Positions 44,101-56,835 of a stretch of DNA of 64,000 nucleotides are shown piece by piece. The translations under genes were made by a program, and so were the position numbers. The stretch is from NCBI RefSeq assembly GCF_009914755.1, contig NC_060938.1. The stretch is one strand, 5' to 3'. Numbering within the stretch: position 1 is the stretch's first letter; each line of letters begins with the position of its first letter. The notes below the pieces were generated by a model, which searched no databases, had not been told where the DNA came from, and was given only the letters and a program-made list of their open reading frames with translations. The stretch comes from the human T2T-CHM13v2.0 reference genome, Homo sapiens.

Positions 44101-47014
44101 AAAGCACCTTGATGACATATACCACTGACAGTAAATCTAACAGCCCAGCCACTGTGAAAATTATTTGGTGGGTGGTCATAGAGTTTTTAAAAAATGCTTC
44201 CTTGAATAACTTATAGAGAATATTGGTATTTGACATAGGGGAACCATCATACGTCAGCACTTTAAGCATAGCCATTGAAAGTTATGAGAGCTTTAGACAA
44301 TCATTGTGAGGGGAAAAAATGTGAAGATGACATTGAACGCAACTTGATAAACATTCCCAACGTAACTATGAATAGAAGAGTTTCCTAAAGCAACACTGTT
44401 TCCTGGAGGAGCGTGGATGGTGGACAGTTAAAAATAACAATTCACTACAAGTGTTTATACCCTTGGTTACAGTGAATACTAAATTAATGTGAATTAACAG
44501 CTCAGCACAAAGCCTAAATGTAGCCAGTGTTTATTAAGTGGTAAATGTTATTAGTAGGCATGAGTCTAGATAGTCTAGATATCCATTTCTTTGCAGGCAT
44601 ACTAACTGCTCTTTCTTCTAAGTAATTAAAAGTAATTACAGACAATGGTTGTGATTATAGGAAAATACACAGACATGCAGCCTAAGGCTACCACATTTTA
44701 TTAAAAGGCAGAGATCCACCAATTTGTTCTACTTATAGCAATTCTATTCTGAGTCTGAGTCTATCTGCAACATGAAACCTGTTTTACAAGCCATGGAAAG
44801 CAATCAAAGAAGTGTGCCTTTTCTTTCAAGGTTCAACATCAGATCCTGCATTTGCTTACATCTGAAAAAGAACACAGACTGAAAAAGCCAAAACAACAAC
44901 AACAACAAAAAACTGCTAAAAGAAAGCCCTGGGTTTTCTGAAAGTATCTTTGAATCCAATTGCCATTAATTTAGGATATGATCTTAAGCCGCTCATATCA
45001 TCCAAAAGCCTTGGTTTGTAATGTTTGGATTTTCTAGATGTTAGGGACAAAAGTAGTTTCAAAAAAGTCTAAGTGTAGCATTCCTAATTCTAAGCCTTTT
45101 TGCAAATTAAGGCCTCTGGCAGAGGAAGTCTTTCCATACTACACAGTGTTCTGTGGCAGGTGTGGCCAATGTTGCATGCCAGGTTCTTGAGGAAAACATT
45201 GGTTACCAAAACAGGCAAAGAGGGACTGAGATGTTTGTAACTGCTTTGGGAGTTTCAGTTGGCTGTACCTCTAAGTGGTAACGATGAGGTCTGAAAGACA
45301 CAAAGGAAGGAACTGAATTCATATAAGACCCACACAGATTGTCTAGATTCACAGCCACTGAGAACAGATCACCTTTGAATGATTGTTTAAGCTCTTTATG
45401 AGTACATTTTTCTTTATCACTCCTCATGGCAGGTGCAACCAGAAATAGTATGTGTACCATAAAATGGAAGTAATGAATTGTCAGCAACAAAGAACACTTC
45501 TAATGTGGGGTAAATCGTAACAAATAGAGCACATAGGCAGATACCAAATTTATTTAAATTAGGAGTGGCTATCAGGCTTGGAATTACTTTGATTGAGAGG
45601 CTGATGTTGATTAATTGTGAAGTTAAACTATGATGTTGATTAATAGTGAAGTAACTAAGTGACGTGTGTGCACGCACACACACACATCCCAGGTCACTTT
45701 CTGAATCTACGTAGAGGAGTTGGGATTCACAGTTGTGCTATGTCTAGGGCCAGGCCCATTCTTACGACACACTGCTGGATCATTTCCCCTTCAAACTCCT
45801 TTGAGTCTGGGCACCATTGCTAGGAGCTACTGGTAAAATGTGGTTCTGTTGCCTGGGAAGAACACTGTATTCACATGTACTCATATAGAAGATCAACAGA
45901 AAACAAATCTTTGGGCAAAGTGGAGCGCAGAGAGGGTTAAAGGTGGAAAAAGGGGGTCAGAAGGTGAAAGATGATGTGTGGGGTCTGCAATGGGGATTAG
46001 GGGCCCATTCATGGGATGGAATTGGAGGTAGAGAAGGGGTGGGAGAGTGGGGCTGGGGATGGTGTCACCTAAACCACAGGGGAGAGAAACTTAGTAGTAT
46101 GAGAGGAAGCCAAGGAAGCTGAGAGGAAGACAGTATCTTTTCAACCTCAGAGTCTACTCCTTTTTCTGAAAAAAAAAAAAAAAATTACATTTCTTCTTTT
46201 GGCCCATGCAAATGAAGAAGTCTCCTCTGAGTTAAAGATTCAACTAATATTATGTTAATGTATGTTTTGGTTTCTACTGAAGTTATGCATTGTTTTTTAA
46301 ACATTTGTTCAATGGCCTTTAAACTTTATTGCCAGGCTTTCAGTTCTTGAAAGGAGCTCATTAGATTTTCATTAACTCACCAGCTTTCACTCAATACTAG
46401 GGACCAAAGTCCTACCGGGCCATTCTGCAAGGCCCTTACAGTCAAATCATTAATAATTTCCAGTTGAACACACTTCAGCAGTGTATTCTCAGCCTCTTTA
46501 TTACCACCATCCTAAGGAGTTTTTTCAGATAAGTTTTCCCCCTAATTGCCCTTTTCCCACAACATTTCAATTCCAAAGATATACTACATATTCATTTATG
46601 TAACTGTGGCCTTTTGGAGGGTCACAAACCATTGTAATATTTAAGATTGTCCCTCAGCCCAAACCAAACTTTCCTGCCTTTGGTGGGAGACATTGCCCCT
46701 ATAAAGAATGCATGCTTAAAAACTACTAAACAATGATTGTGGTCCTTCCAAAATAGTGTTTTCCTCTTATAATTGCCGTATTTATTTCAACAGTTAACTC
46801 TTTTCCCACTTACCAGCTCCTTTCCCTAAGTAACTAGAAGTAGAGCTATTATAGGGCCCCCTCTCAGCAGGAAACACCAAGGGAATATGCTTACCATGTC
46901 TCTAACACAAATAACAGCCCCCCAGGATGTAACTACCAGTTTCAGTTGCTGGAACTGAAATGAACAATTCAGTAGTGTGTGTTTTTTTTAAGTATGTTTA
47001 AAAATTCTTTTTTC

Positions 47015-47180
47015 GGTGTGGAGAAGGAGAGCATCAGGATAAACAGCTGATACACGCGGGGCTTAATACCTAGGTGATGGGCTGATAGGCGCAGCAAACC
47101 ACCATCGCACCCATTTACCTATGTAACAAACCTGCACGTTTTGCACATGTATCCTGGAACTTTAATAAAATTAAAAAAAT
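47015..47180 (+). mobile_element. Short 5'-truncated L1PA (about PA11-13) 3' end
   Basis: gcttaatacctaggtgatggg...gcagcaaaccaccat...tatgtaacaaacctgcac; TSD aaaaattcttttttc at 47000-47014 and 47181-47196. Confidence 0.9.
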
Positions 47181-47416
47181 AAAAATTCTTTTTTTCTGCT
47201 AGCCTTGAGGAGCAAGGTTTGAATTATACCCCTTTCAGATGTAGAATAAAGATCAATATTGTTGTGTAGGGCACTTCTCTGCCATTGTTAATTAAATCAA
47301 TGAATTATCTAATGTGGTTTTTCCAGTTCTTTGCTGTGTCCAGTAATTCCATACCTAGGATGTCTATTTAAAAAAAGGATGTTTTCTGGAACTCCTAAGT
47401 AGAAAGGCTGTCATAT

Positions 47417-47801
47417 ATATTCATTTATTAGGGTTGTCATAACAAAATATCCCAGACCAGGTGGCTTAGACAATAGAAATTTATTTCCTCGAAATTCTGG
47501 AGGCTAGAAGCCTGAAATCAAGGTGTCAGCAGAATTAGTGTCTTCTGAGAACTCTCCCCTTGGCTTGCAGATGACTATCTGCCAGCGTCTTTATATGGCC
47601 TTCCTCCCACTGGGTATGTCTGCGTCCTACTGTCCTCTTTTTAGAGGGACACAAGTCATATTGGATTAGGGCTCATCCTAATGCTTCATTTTAACTTCAT
47701 TACCTCTTTAAGGCTTTGTATCAAATACAGTCACATTCTGAGGGGCTGGGGAGTAGGACTTCAACATATGAATTTTGAGGGGACATAATTCTGTCCATAA
47801 T
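47417..47801 (-). mobile_element. MLT1B-like solo LTR
   Basis: ggtggcttagacaatagaaatttattt...ggacacaagtcatattggattagggc...cagtcacattctgagg...ggacttcaacatatgaattttgagggg. Confidence 0.85.
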
Positions 47802-48014
47802 GTAAGACCAGGTATAAAGAAGCCTATTGCAAGCCACAAACACAGAATCTGACTAAGATGTATTTATTCAAATTCCCACTATGTGTTTTACTAGCTGTAT
47901 GTCTTTCAGCAGCTCACTTAACCTAACTGCAATTCTAATTAGTCATGTAATAGTCATCCCTGTCCCAAAAGACGGTTGTGAGAATCACGTCTAATTAATA
48001 ACTGTAACTAAAAA

Positions 48015-48140
48015 GTGTGTGTGTATATATATATATGTATATATATATATGTGTGTGTATATATATATGTATATATATATACATATATATGTATGTATGT
48101 ATGTGTATATATATATGTATGTATGTATGTATATGTATGT
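48015..48140. repeat. Compound (TG)/(TA)/(TATG)n microsatellite inside a MIR
   Basis: Direct. Confidence 0.9.
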
Positions 48141-49235
48141 CTAGGACAGCATCTGGCTTGTAGTAATTGCTCAATAGAAGGGGAGTGGTTTATTACCTCT
48201 TCCTCTTGAATTTGGATCCAGACTTTAGTACATTTGGGAATTGGAAGATCAACAAGTCAGTAAATATTGGTCACATGAAGAAGGGGAAATAAATGAGCAT
48301 TATTGAACTATAATATATTGAGTCTTCTTATGCACATAGTAGGCCAAAAGTTTTGTTTTTTGCATAAGATCTGTAGATTCATTCATTCAATATTTATTGT
48401 GCATGCAATATGTACCAAATACAGAAAGCAGTCATCTCACCTACTGTATGGAGGGCTCTTCTCACAGCTGATACTCAGTCTCCTATATTTCTTGTAATAG
48501 ATTCCCTGGGACTGGGGAGTTTCTGCGAGACTCAGAATTTAAAAGGTGCCTCAAGTCGAACTACTATTATTGCAGTCAGAACTGTTTTTGCTCTCTTCAG
48601 GAACAGCCTTACCTGTGTTCAGGGACTATTGTGTGGTATCATGCTACTGGTCTACATTACCAATTCAGCTATTGCAGCAATTACATGAAGGAATTCTTGC
48701 TAATGATAAAAGCCATTATGCAGTTCCTAAAGAGAATGCATTCCACAGCATTCATTAATTATGCCAGCCTGTAGATGCACAACTACCACGGCATACACTT
48801 GAGACCACACACCATAAGGATTGAAACTCTCTCAAAGCCACAATGTATGTCTGTGTTGCTTTGCACTCTTACATTGCCCATCCTTTACAACAGCCCTTCT
48901 CCTGTCCTTCTGATTCCTAAAACTCAAAACCAGAATGAAGTAAGGCTACAAAATGTCATTTATGGGGATGGGTGAGGCTTAAGTCTCCTGGAACCATCTT
49001 GGGTCACTCAGCTCTACGGAAGACCCCCCCAAGACGGTCTAGACCCAGAGTCATTCTCAGTCACACAGTAGTTAAGAATTCTTCATCCTACGGTATGCCC
49101 TCTCTAGAAAAATAATCGTAATGATGGGAGATGGGACACAGTGATAAATCTTTGATGTCTTTGTTCATTAGTTTCCTTATCTCTCTCTCTTCTCTCTCTT
49201 CCCCTACCCCATTATTTTCTCTTTGACATAAACAG

Positions 49236-49314
49236 CCAACATCAGATGATCTTGTTTCATCTGCTGAATGTTCAAGTGATGATGAAGACTTTGTTGAATG
49301 TGAGCCGAGTACAG
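49236..49314 (+). CDS. Internal coding exon of an unidentified host gene (79 nt, phase 0 to 1): [26 protein letters not shown](G)
   Basis: ~50-nt pyrimidine tract at 49172-49224, aacag| acceptor, ACAG|gtaggt donor; open acidic Ser/Asp/Glu frame, other two frames closed; purine-rich gatgatgaagac. Confidence 0.75.
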
Positions 49315-51055
49315 GTAGGTCAGGTCAGTCTTATTTTGCTTGCTTTCTTTTTTCTTTTGCAAAAAACAATACATACATATATGTGATTATACATGTGTTT
49401 TATATATAGATTATAGTGTGTTAATGTGTGTATATTTTTATATCTATATATGTATAAGTATACATATATAAATATTATATCAATGAAAGCATCAAATCCC
49501 ATGGAAAGAGCAATAAGATCCTACAAAAATTAAGTCAGTCTCTTGATAGCTAACAAAAAATCATGGTATATGACTTAACATTGGGCAAGCAGATGCCCAG
49601 ACTTACCACTGGAGCAGCAAATGTGTAGGAGCCAGTGGCAGCTATGAAATTCACAGAGGGTGGGAACATGAGGAAATATATGTTGGAATGACATCAAGAA
49701 AGGATGAACCCATGGAGGAGCTTAAAGATTGGTAAGTGGAGCCATAAAGATTGGTAAATGACTTAAAACTCATGAATTATTCTGAGCTAAGAGAACCAAA
49801 AATATATGTATATATATATTTTCCATGGGATTTCAACAGCAGTTAACATGGTATTATCTTTGTACTAATTTTGTTAACTGTGTGTCTAGAAAACTTGTGC
49901 AACAATATAGTAAACACAAAATTAGTGCTGTACCATGCCGTGTCAACAGCTGTGATGCTTCAAAATGTATCTACTGTGCTGAAGTTGAGAAGACTTTAGC
50001 AATCAGAAGCTTCAATGTGTTCCCCATTTGGACCCAGATACATTTTGATGTTTTATGGTCTTTCTTTATAGTGAGCTACATATGACCTAATGTCCAGCAG
50101 GCAATTGCAGTCCCTGATTATTTCCTATCAACTTTTCCCAGTTGTCTGTTTTGAGACTTACTATAAGTTAAACGTTTATATGTATATAATAGAGAACAGA
50201 TATCATCGAATTTCTGTGTATGTTTAATAGAATTAATAGCTGGAGTTGGGCCAGGATCTTATTTCTGTGAAGACTAAAATAAATAGAATTTTCTAGTTAT
50301 TTTTTGCATTGCTTTCAGATTTTTTTCCTTTTAAGAAAAGGAAAGCCATTAAAAATTCTCTTTTGCTAATTCTAGAAAATTTAAGCTTCATGAAAAAATA
50401 ATCTAATAAAAATAAAAACCTTCCATTTCTGACCCCTAAATGATTTACAAGATTTCAAATCTGTTGAAGCCTGACTGCTTTGGTTTCTTGCAAGTGGAAT
50501 TGGATCCAGGAAGTTCTGTGGGTTCATACCCTTAGTATGACACAGGGACACATCATTAATATGATAGGGCTTCCATTCTGGAGTGTAATCTGTTCCATTG
50601 GGAGCTCAGCTGTGTGGAGGGAAAGTAAATGTGATCTGGTCAGGGCTTTCTTTTTCATATTTTTAGGTAATAATCTGTATGTGCTATGTGAGGTTTTAAC
50701 CCTAAAAGGGCAGATACATCCGAACTATACCAGAACTTGGGTGCCATGTTTTCATTAATTTATTCATTCATTCATTCAATAAATATTTTTGAGCACTCAG
50801 GCAGGATACAATATATCTCTAGATTTGAGTCCTTCCTATTCTGTTTTTTTTTTTTAAGAAATTAGCTGTCAGAGAATAGAATAGTTTTGCTATCTAACTC
50901 CTCGCGTAATTCAATTCAACAGATATTTTTGAGAGTCAACTGTATATGTTAAGCATGTGCTAGATATTAAGGGTTCATATATTAATAGGTCACAATCCTC
51001 AATACGTACATTAAATTAGCTTGTTTTGTGGCAAACCCTTTAAGAAATCTAGGCT

Positions 51056-51062
<7 letters not shown>

Positions 51063-51118
<56 letters not shown>

Positions 51119-51359
51119 AGATAGGGTCTCACTCTGTCACCTAGGCTGGAGTGCAGTGGCGTGTTTATAGCTCGCTGCAGCCTTAAACTCCCGGGCTCAA
51201 GTGGTCCTCCTGCCTGAGCTTCCCAAGTAGCTAGAACTACATGCACCACTATGCCAGCTAATTTGTTTTATTTTGTGTACAAATGCGGTTCTCACCATGT
51301 TGCTCAGGCTGGTCTCGAGTTCCAGGCCTCAAGAAATCCTCTCGCTTTGACCTCCCAAA
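51063..51359 (-). mobile_element. 5'-truncated AluJ with T30/(TA)n tail
   Basis: gagatagggtctcactctgtcacc...tatagctcgctgcagcct...gggctcaagtggtcctcc. Confidence 0.9.
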
Positions 51360-52146
51360 TGTTTTTCTTCCTTTCTTAGCAGTGATATCTCTATATGCAG
51401 CAATGTTTATCAAATCTGTAGATTTTAAGGCTTATCAAAATTGAGGCTTGGTCATTCTGAAATATTATCACCATCTTTCCTCAACTACTCACCCTGCCTC
51501 AGAAAGTCATCTCCACAGCAACATTCATAATAAGGCAGTGGGCTTTTCCAGATCTCAGCTTCAGATTCTCTAGCTCTGTAGCTCCCCAGTTTATGGGTAT
51601 ATATTGCTATTTGTTATGAGACTTGAATAGCGTAAACCTGAATGGCCCCAAACTAAATCCATTTGTTTTCTAGAGGCCACGCAGGTATTTTCTCTGATTC
51701 AGAAGCAGAGGACAGAAATTCAACACCAACATTTCTTGAATAACATGGGGTGGGTGGGGAGATACAGTTTTTAGAACAATCTGTTGTGTTCTGTAAGGGA
51801 GCATGAGAGGAGATAAAGTGAGTGACAGAACCCCTACCTTTAAAGAGTGAACATGTAGCTCTAGGAGGCTGATATTGATTTCCTCCACCTGTGATTATTC
51901 AACTCATCACATTTGAAGAATGAGCATTGCATTTTTCTAATTTTATTTACTCCATAAAGTATTCCTGGTGAGTGATTTGGATATACAGGGAAATACGTCA
52001 GTGGTATATTTAATACAAGAAGTAGGTAGATATTCCTAGTAATGCAGAGAGAGAAGAGGTTTGCCCAGAGGACCTGATTTCCACTAATGGGGATTACCTG
52101 CTTAGAGCTATCAAGCCCTCTTTTTCATTACATAAGAAATATCTCC

Positions 52147-52362
52147 TCAGAAGTTCAAGACCAGCCTGGCCAAGAGGGTGAAACCCCGTCTCTACTAATA
52201 ATACAAAAAATTAGCCAGGCGTGGTGGCAGGCGCCTGTAGTCCCAGCTACTCGGGAGGCTGAGGTAGAGAAGTGCTTGAACCCGGGAGGCAGAGGTTGCA
52301 GGGAGCCAAGATCATGCCACTGCTCTCCAGCTTGGGCAACAGAGTGAGACTCTCTCTCAATT

Positions 52363-52410
<48 letters not shown>

Positions 52411-52418
52411 GTATGTAT
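52147..52418 (+). mobile_element. 5'-truncated AluSg-like with A/(TA)n/(TATG)n tail
   Basis: gttcaagaccagcctggccaagagggtgaaaccccg... Confidence 0.9.
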
Positions 52419-53394
52419 CTCAGGCTTCACATTTTCCAAAAACAATACAGATTAAAATCAGAAATCAGTTTCTTGGGCAAGATTTGCACTGCCTAAAGAG
52501 AAGGGACCTACTGCCCATGCAGCAACAGATAATGGTGACATTTACACATCTTTGACATAAATTGCCAATCTTGCAATTCTACATTACCACTAAGATTAAA
52601 ATTCTGGTTTTGAACACCCTAATTCACTGCCTCCATTTCTAAAACATTTTTCCAGGCCTTTTGCTTGATGGAAATACACTAAATTTGGCTAACTTCCTTG
52701 GCCTTGTTCTATCATACTTACTACTTTATCTTCTTTCACTTTGCCAGCGAGTTTATTATTTTCTAGCTGTCTCCGTTTATGAGGCATTTAACTTCTACAG
52801 GTTATTTCCTGATTAATTTACATCCATTTGAAGCTCTCACTTTTCATAAATTTGGGTAGTTTAGTGTGTGCTATAATTCAATTTTTATTTTCATATGAGC
52901 ATCAAATTTTAAATGAAATAATTTATTTTTTCTTCAAATCACATTGGATTTTTAAACTGCTGGTTTTGAGTTAGTTATAAGCAATCGCCTTTCACTCTCA
53001 GAACTTACTTTTGTGCTTAAGGGTCACCACGGTTTGGTATAGCTTAATCTTATTATATTTAGGAACAAGGTAAATATTTTTGGAGTTTGGTCAATAGGAG
53101 TCTAGAAACCTTGCAAATCCAATGGAAGTCAAGTTTTCACGGTATATTTTTGCTGGTAAATATGTAGAGAAATTTAAAGAAATCCCAAATCATGAGAGCA
53201 AGGCATAAAGTAAAAGCTCAATTAGGATTTGTCGACTAAATTAGTTTGAAACAGAACTTTATATCTCTAACTTCATTTCCCCTTTAACAGCTAAAATTAA
53301 ACCTATTGACTCATTTAAAATTTATGATTTCATATAATAGGGCTGCCCTGACAAAATCTATATTTTTAACAAATTTGTTTTAGAATTTTTATTT

Positions 53395-53628
<234 letters not shown>

Positions 53629-54491
53629 TAGATTATTTTATAAGTCACAGATACAATCACATTTTCTGAATATTTGCTTCAAGAACCCAGAATTGAACCT
53701 TTAAACAATAAAGTTATAATAAAACCATCTGCATCAAATGAAGATATTCAGAAGTGTATCTGAATAGCTATCTAGAGGCGAGGGTCTGGATTTTAACTCG
53801 ATTTGTAAATGTTAATTGTGTTCTTCACAAAACAAATCAGTATCTAATACTTTAGATTCGTTCTTTGCATATAAACTGTTTCATTCCCAACTGCACTTCT
53901 ATTAATCTTAAATTGTGCAGTAAATTCATATTTCATTGTCCTTTTTCTCTTTGAATCCAAGAAGAAAAACGGATGAGCTGGAGAGCATTCAAATAACCCC
54001 TAGGAAAAGGATACCCTCATGAGATTATGGAAGCCAAATAGCAATTAAGATCATTAGTAAATTCACATTTGTAATCTAAAATGTGGGAATGAATTCTGAA
54101 ATTCAGAGAAAATAATACAATTCACTTCCCATTTCTTCTCTTTCCCTTACCCCTGCTGCTATCCCTAGAATTCCCATCTTTGGAAATAGAGTAATAGTGA
54201 AAACAAATGTATTCTTGGATGAGCTTTTGTATAATTAGATATGATCAACTTCCTGGATTTTACATTTTTATAGTTTCAAGATTCTAAAAGTCTTGGGGGC
54301 AGGAGGCCACAGAGCAGAGCGAAAAAAAAAAGTAATACTTTTATACCTAATAAGTGGGCATGGCAATACTTAACCACATTGATTCATCCAGTCGTTATCC
54401 AGGGGTATATTTTTCAGTTTGTCAAGTAGCTAGTTTTTCTGCCTTCACTTTTCTTAAATGTCCTTTGATCAAATCTCAAGGGACAGCACTT

Positions 54492-54505
54492 CCACCAGAG
54501 GGCAG
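54492..54505 (+). promoter_or_regulatory. CTCF core motif (candidate)
   Basis: ccaccagagggcag matches the CTCF core CCACCAG(A/G)GGGC(A/G)G in non-repeat sequence. Confidence 0.45.
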
Positions 54506-55626
54506 ACAGTAAAAGGAAGTGAAGATGAAACACATCCATCCATCAATAAGACTGTGCTAAGCAGCTTTCATAATGGTTGGGAAGGAGATGTTTAAACTAA
54601 TGGCAGTAATATGAGATGACAAAATAATTGCTATTCCCAGAGTGGTTCTCAGGTATATTTTTACTCCTCAAATCTACAATATTCACATTTGCATTTCGGT
54701 GTTACTGCTACTTAGTTCCTCTTTGTTAGCCCTACTATAATATACAACCCAAGCTGAGTGAAATTTAAATTTGGCATAACACCAAGATCACATCTAGTAT
54801 TTTCCAGGTGGAACTGGATTCTTAATCTTTATCAGTCTGAGATGCCTCGGGAAAGTATCATCTGAAAATCTGGCACTGAGTTACTAAAAGCTCACCAAAT
54901 CATTTTACTTTTTATTTGCTGGAACATGGTAGAAAATGCAGCTGAAATGTTAATAGATAATAATAATTTTCCAGTGAAGGATCAAGAGAAGTTTATACCA
55001 GAATTTATAGATAACAAGTAAATGTGCTGATTGTTGGCCTTAAATATGATGTTTGAAATCTTATAGAGATACGTTTTGTCATTTGTGTCTTTGTCAAGTT
55101 TGAAGTTAGCAACCTGTATGTTTTTATTACAAATAAGTCAATTTTATTTAACTATTTATTCACTTTAGATTTTTCTATATGAAAACTCATTAGCAAATAG
55201 AATCATGTTAAAATTTCATTAGTCAATGGCTATTCAGAATATAGTACAAAAATAAATGTCCAAGTAAAATCTCATAGGAATGTTGGAGTATGACAGATCT
55301 ATAAATTCAATGGTCTGTAAATGCTATAAATTCTGATAAAAGGCTCAGATCCACTTAAACACTTTGACCAAAGAGATAATGGAAATAATCTAAGATAAGC
55401 ATTTTAGCTTTGGAAAGAGAACTGTATATCGATAGAAAATTACTTAATTTAATTCATTATTATTGGCTGTGGACATCAGTCATTTTAAAATTTGAGTTAC
55501 AATACATGTCTAATGCTCACAAAAGCAAATAGTTGTTCACATACTTAGGTCTAGGCTAAATCATATCCATTTTTCAACCGCCTTCATTGATCTATAAATG
55601 AATATAGTATGTTCATGGGAGTATAA

Positions 55627-56004
<378 letters not shown>

Positions 56005-56749
56005 AGTTATGTCACTTTTTTATAACAGCCCCAACCCAACCCAAGTTATTTTTTAAACCATTGCAGTAACTATGTGCTTTTAAAATCCTTAATGGTGAAA
56101 TGCTTTGAAAATTAGGGTAAGAACAGAAATATAAGAATAGGAAAGATCTACTAATTAGCTCTTGCACTTTAGGCTGAGGAATAGTGTGCATAATATATGT
56201 GGCCCATAGATCGACTATTGTGGATTTCATAACAAATATATTTAATAATAAAAAAATGAAAAAAATTCTATCCAACTCCATTACCCAAGATTTTTTAGTA
56301 GGTTGGAGAGCGAGGCAGGGGAATCCATAAAATCAATGTATGAGTGTATATACTTCTATCTGAAAGTTTGATAAATCTCTTCTATATGTAACACTTTTGA
56401 GTAACTATTACATGTAGGCACTAGAATAGGTGCTGGGAAAACAAAAGTATTTTGCTTCAGAAATATCGCTTCCAGAAGTTCAGTTTATTAGGAAAGGCAG
56501 ATATAATAAGAGGAATAAAAGGAAGGGAAGAAACAATGAGGACAATGAATGGAAATGCCCACGATATTATCAGCACCCTAAGGATGTTGGAGCACTCCAA
56601 TTCAGTGAACAGCATACCTTATCAGGGATATGCAAGAAAAAAAAAATCACACAAGATGATGCCAAGCAGTGACAGATTCAACTAACCCCAAGGAGCATTC
56701 TTCTGTATTTTAGTTTGGTGACACAGAATTCTCATTTATTACGATTGAA

Positions 56750-56835
56750 GAATTAGTACAGTTCAGTAAAGTAAAAAAGCAACACTCTTTTGGAATTAGT
56801 ACAGCTCAGTAAAGAAAAAAAGCAACACTCTTTTG
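56750..56835. repeat. 43-bp tandem duplication (41/43 identical)
   Basis: gaattagtacag(t/c)tcagtaaag(t/a)aaaaaagcaacactcttttg x2. Confidence 0.95.

Noticed and set aside
48015-48209. Tyr/Ile/Val-rich ORF
   Set aside because: Translation of a (TA)/(TG) microsatellite
49723-49760. Duplicated taaagattggtaa (two inverted CCAAT boxes)
   Set aside because: 13-nt local duplication with no other promoter evidence
56750-56835. Repeat resembling a CRISPR direct repeat
   Set aside because: Two abutting copies with no spacers, in a eukaryotic context
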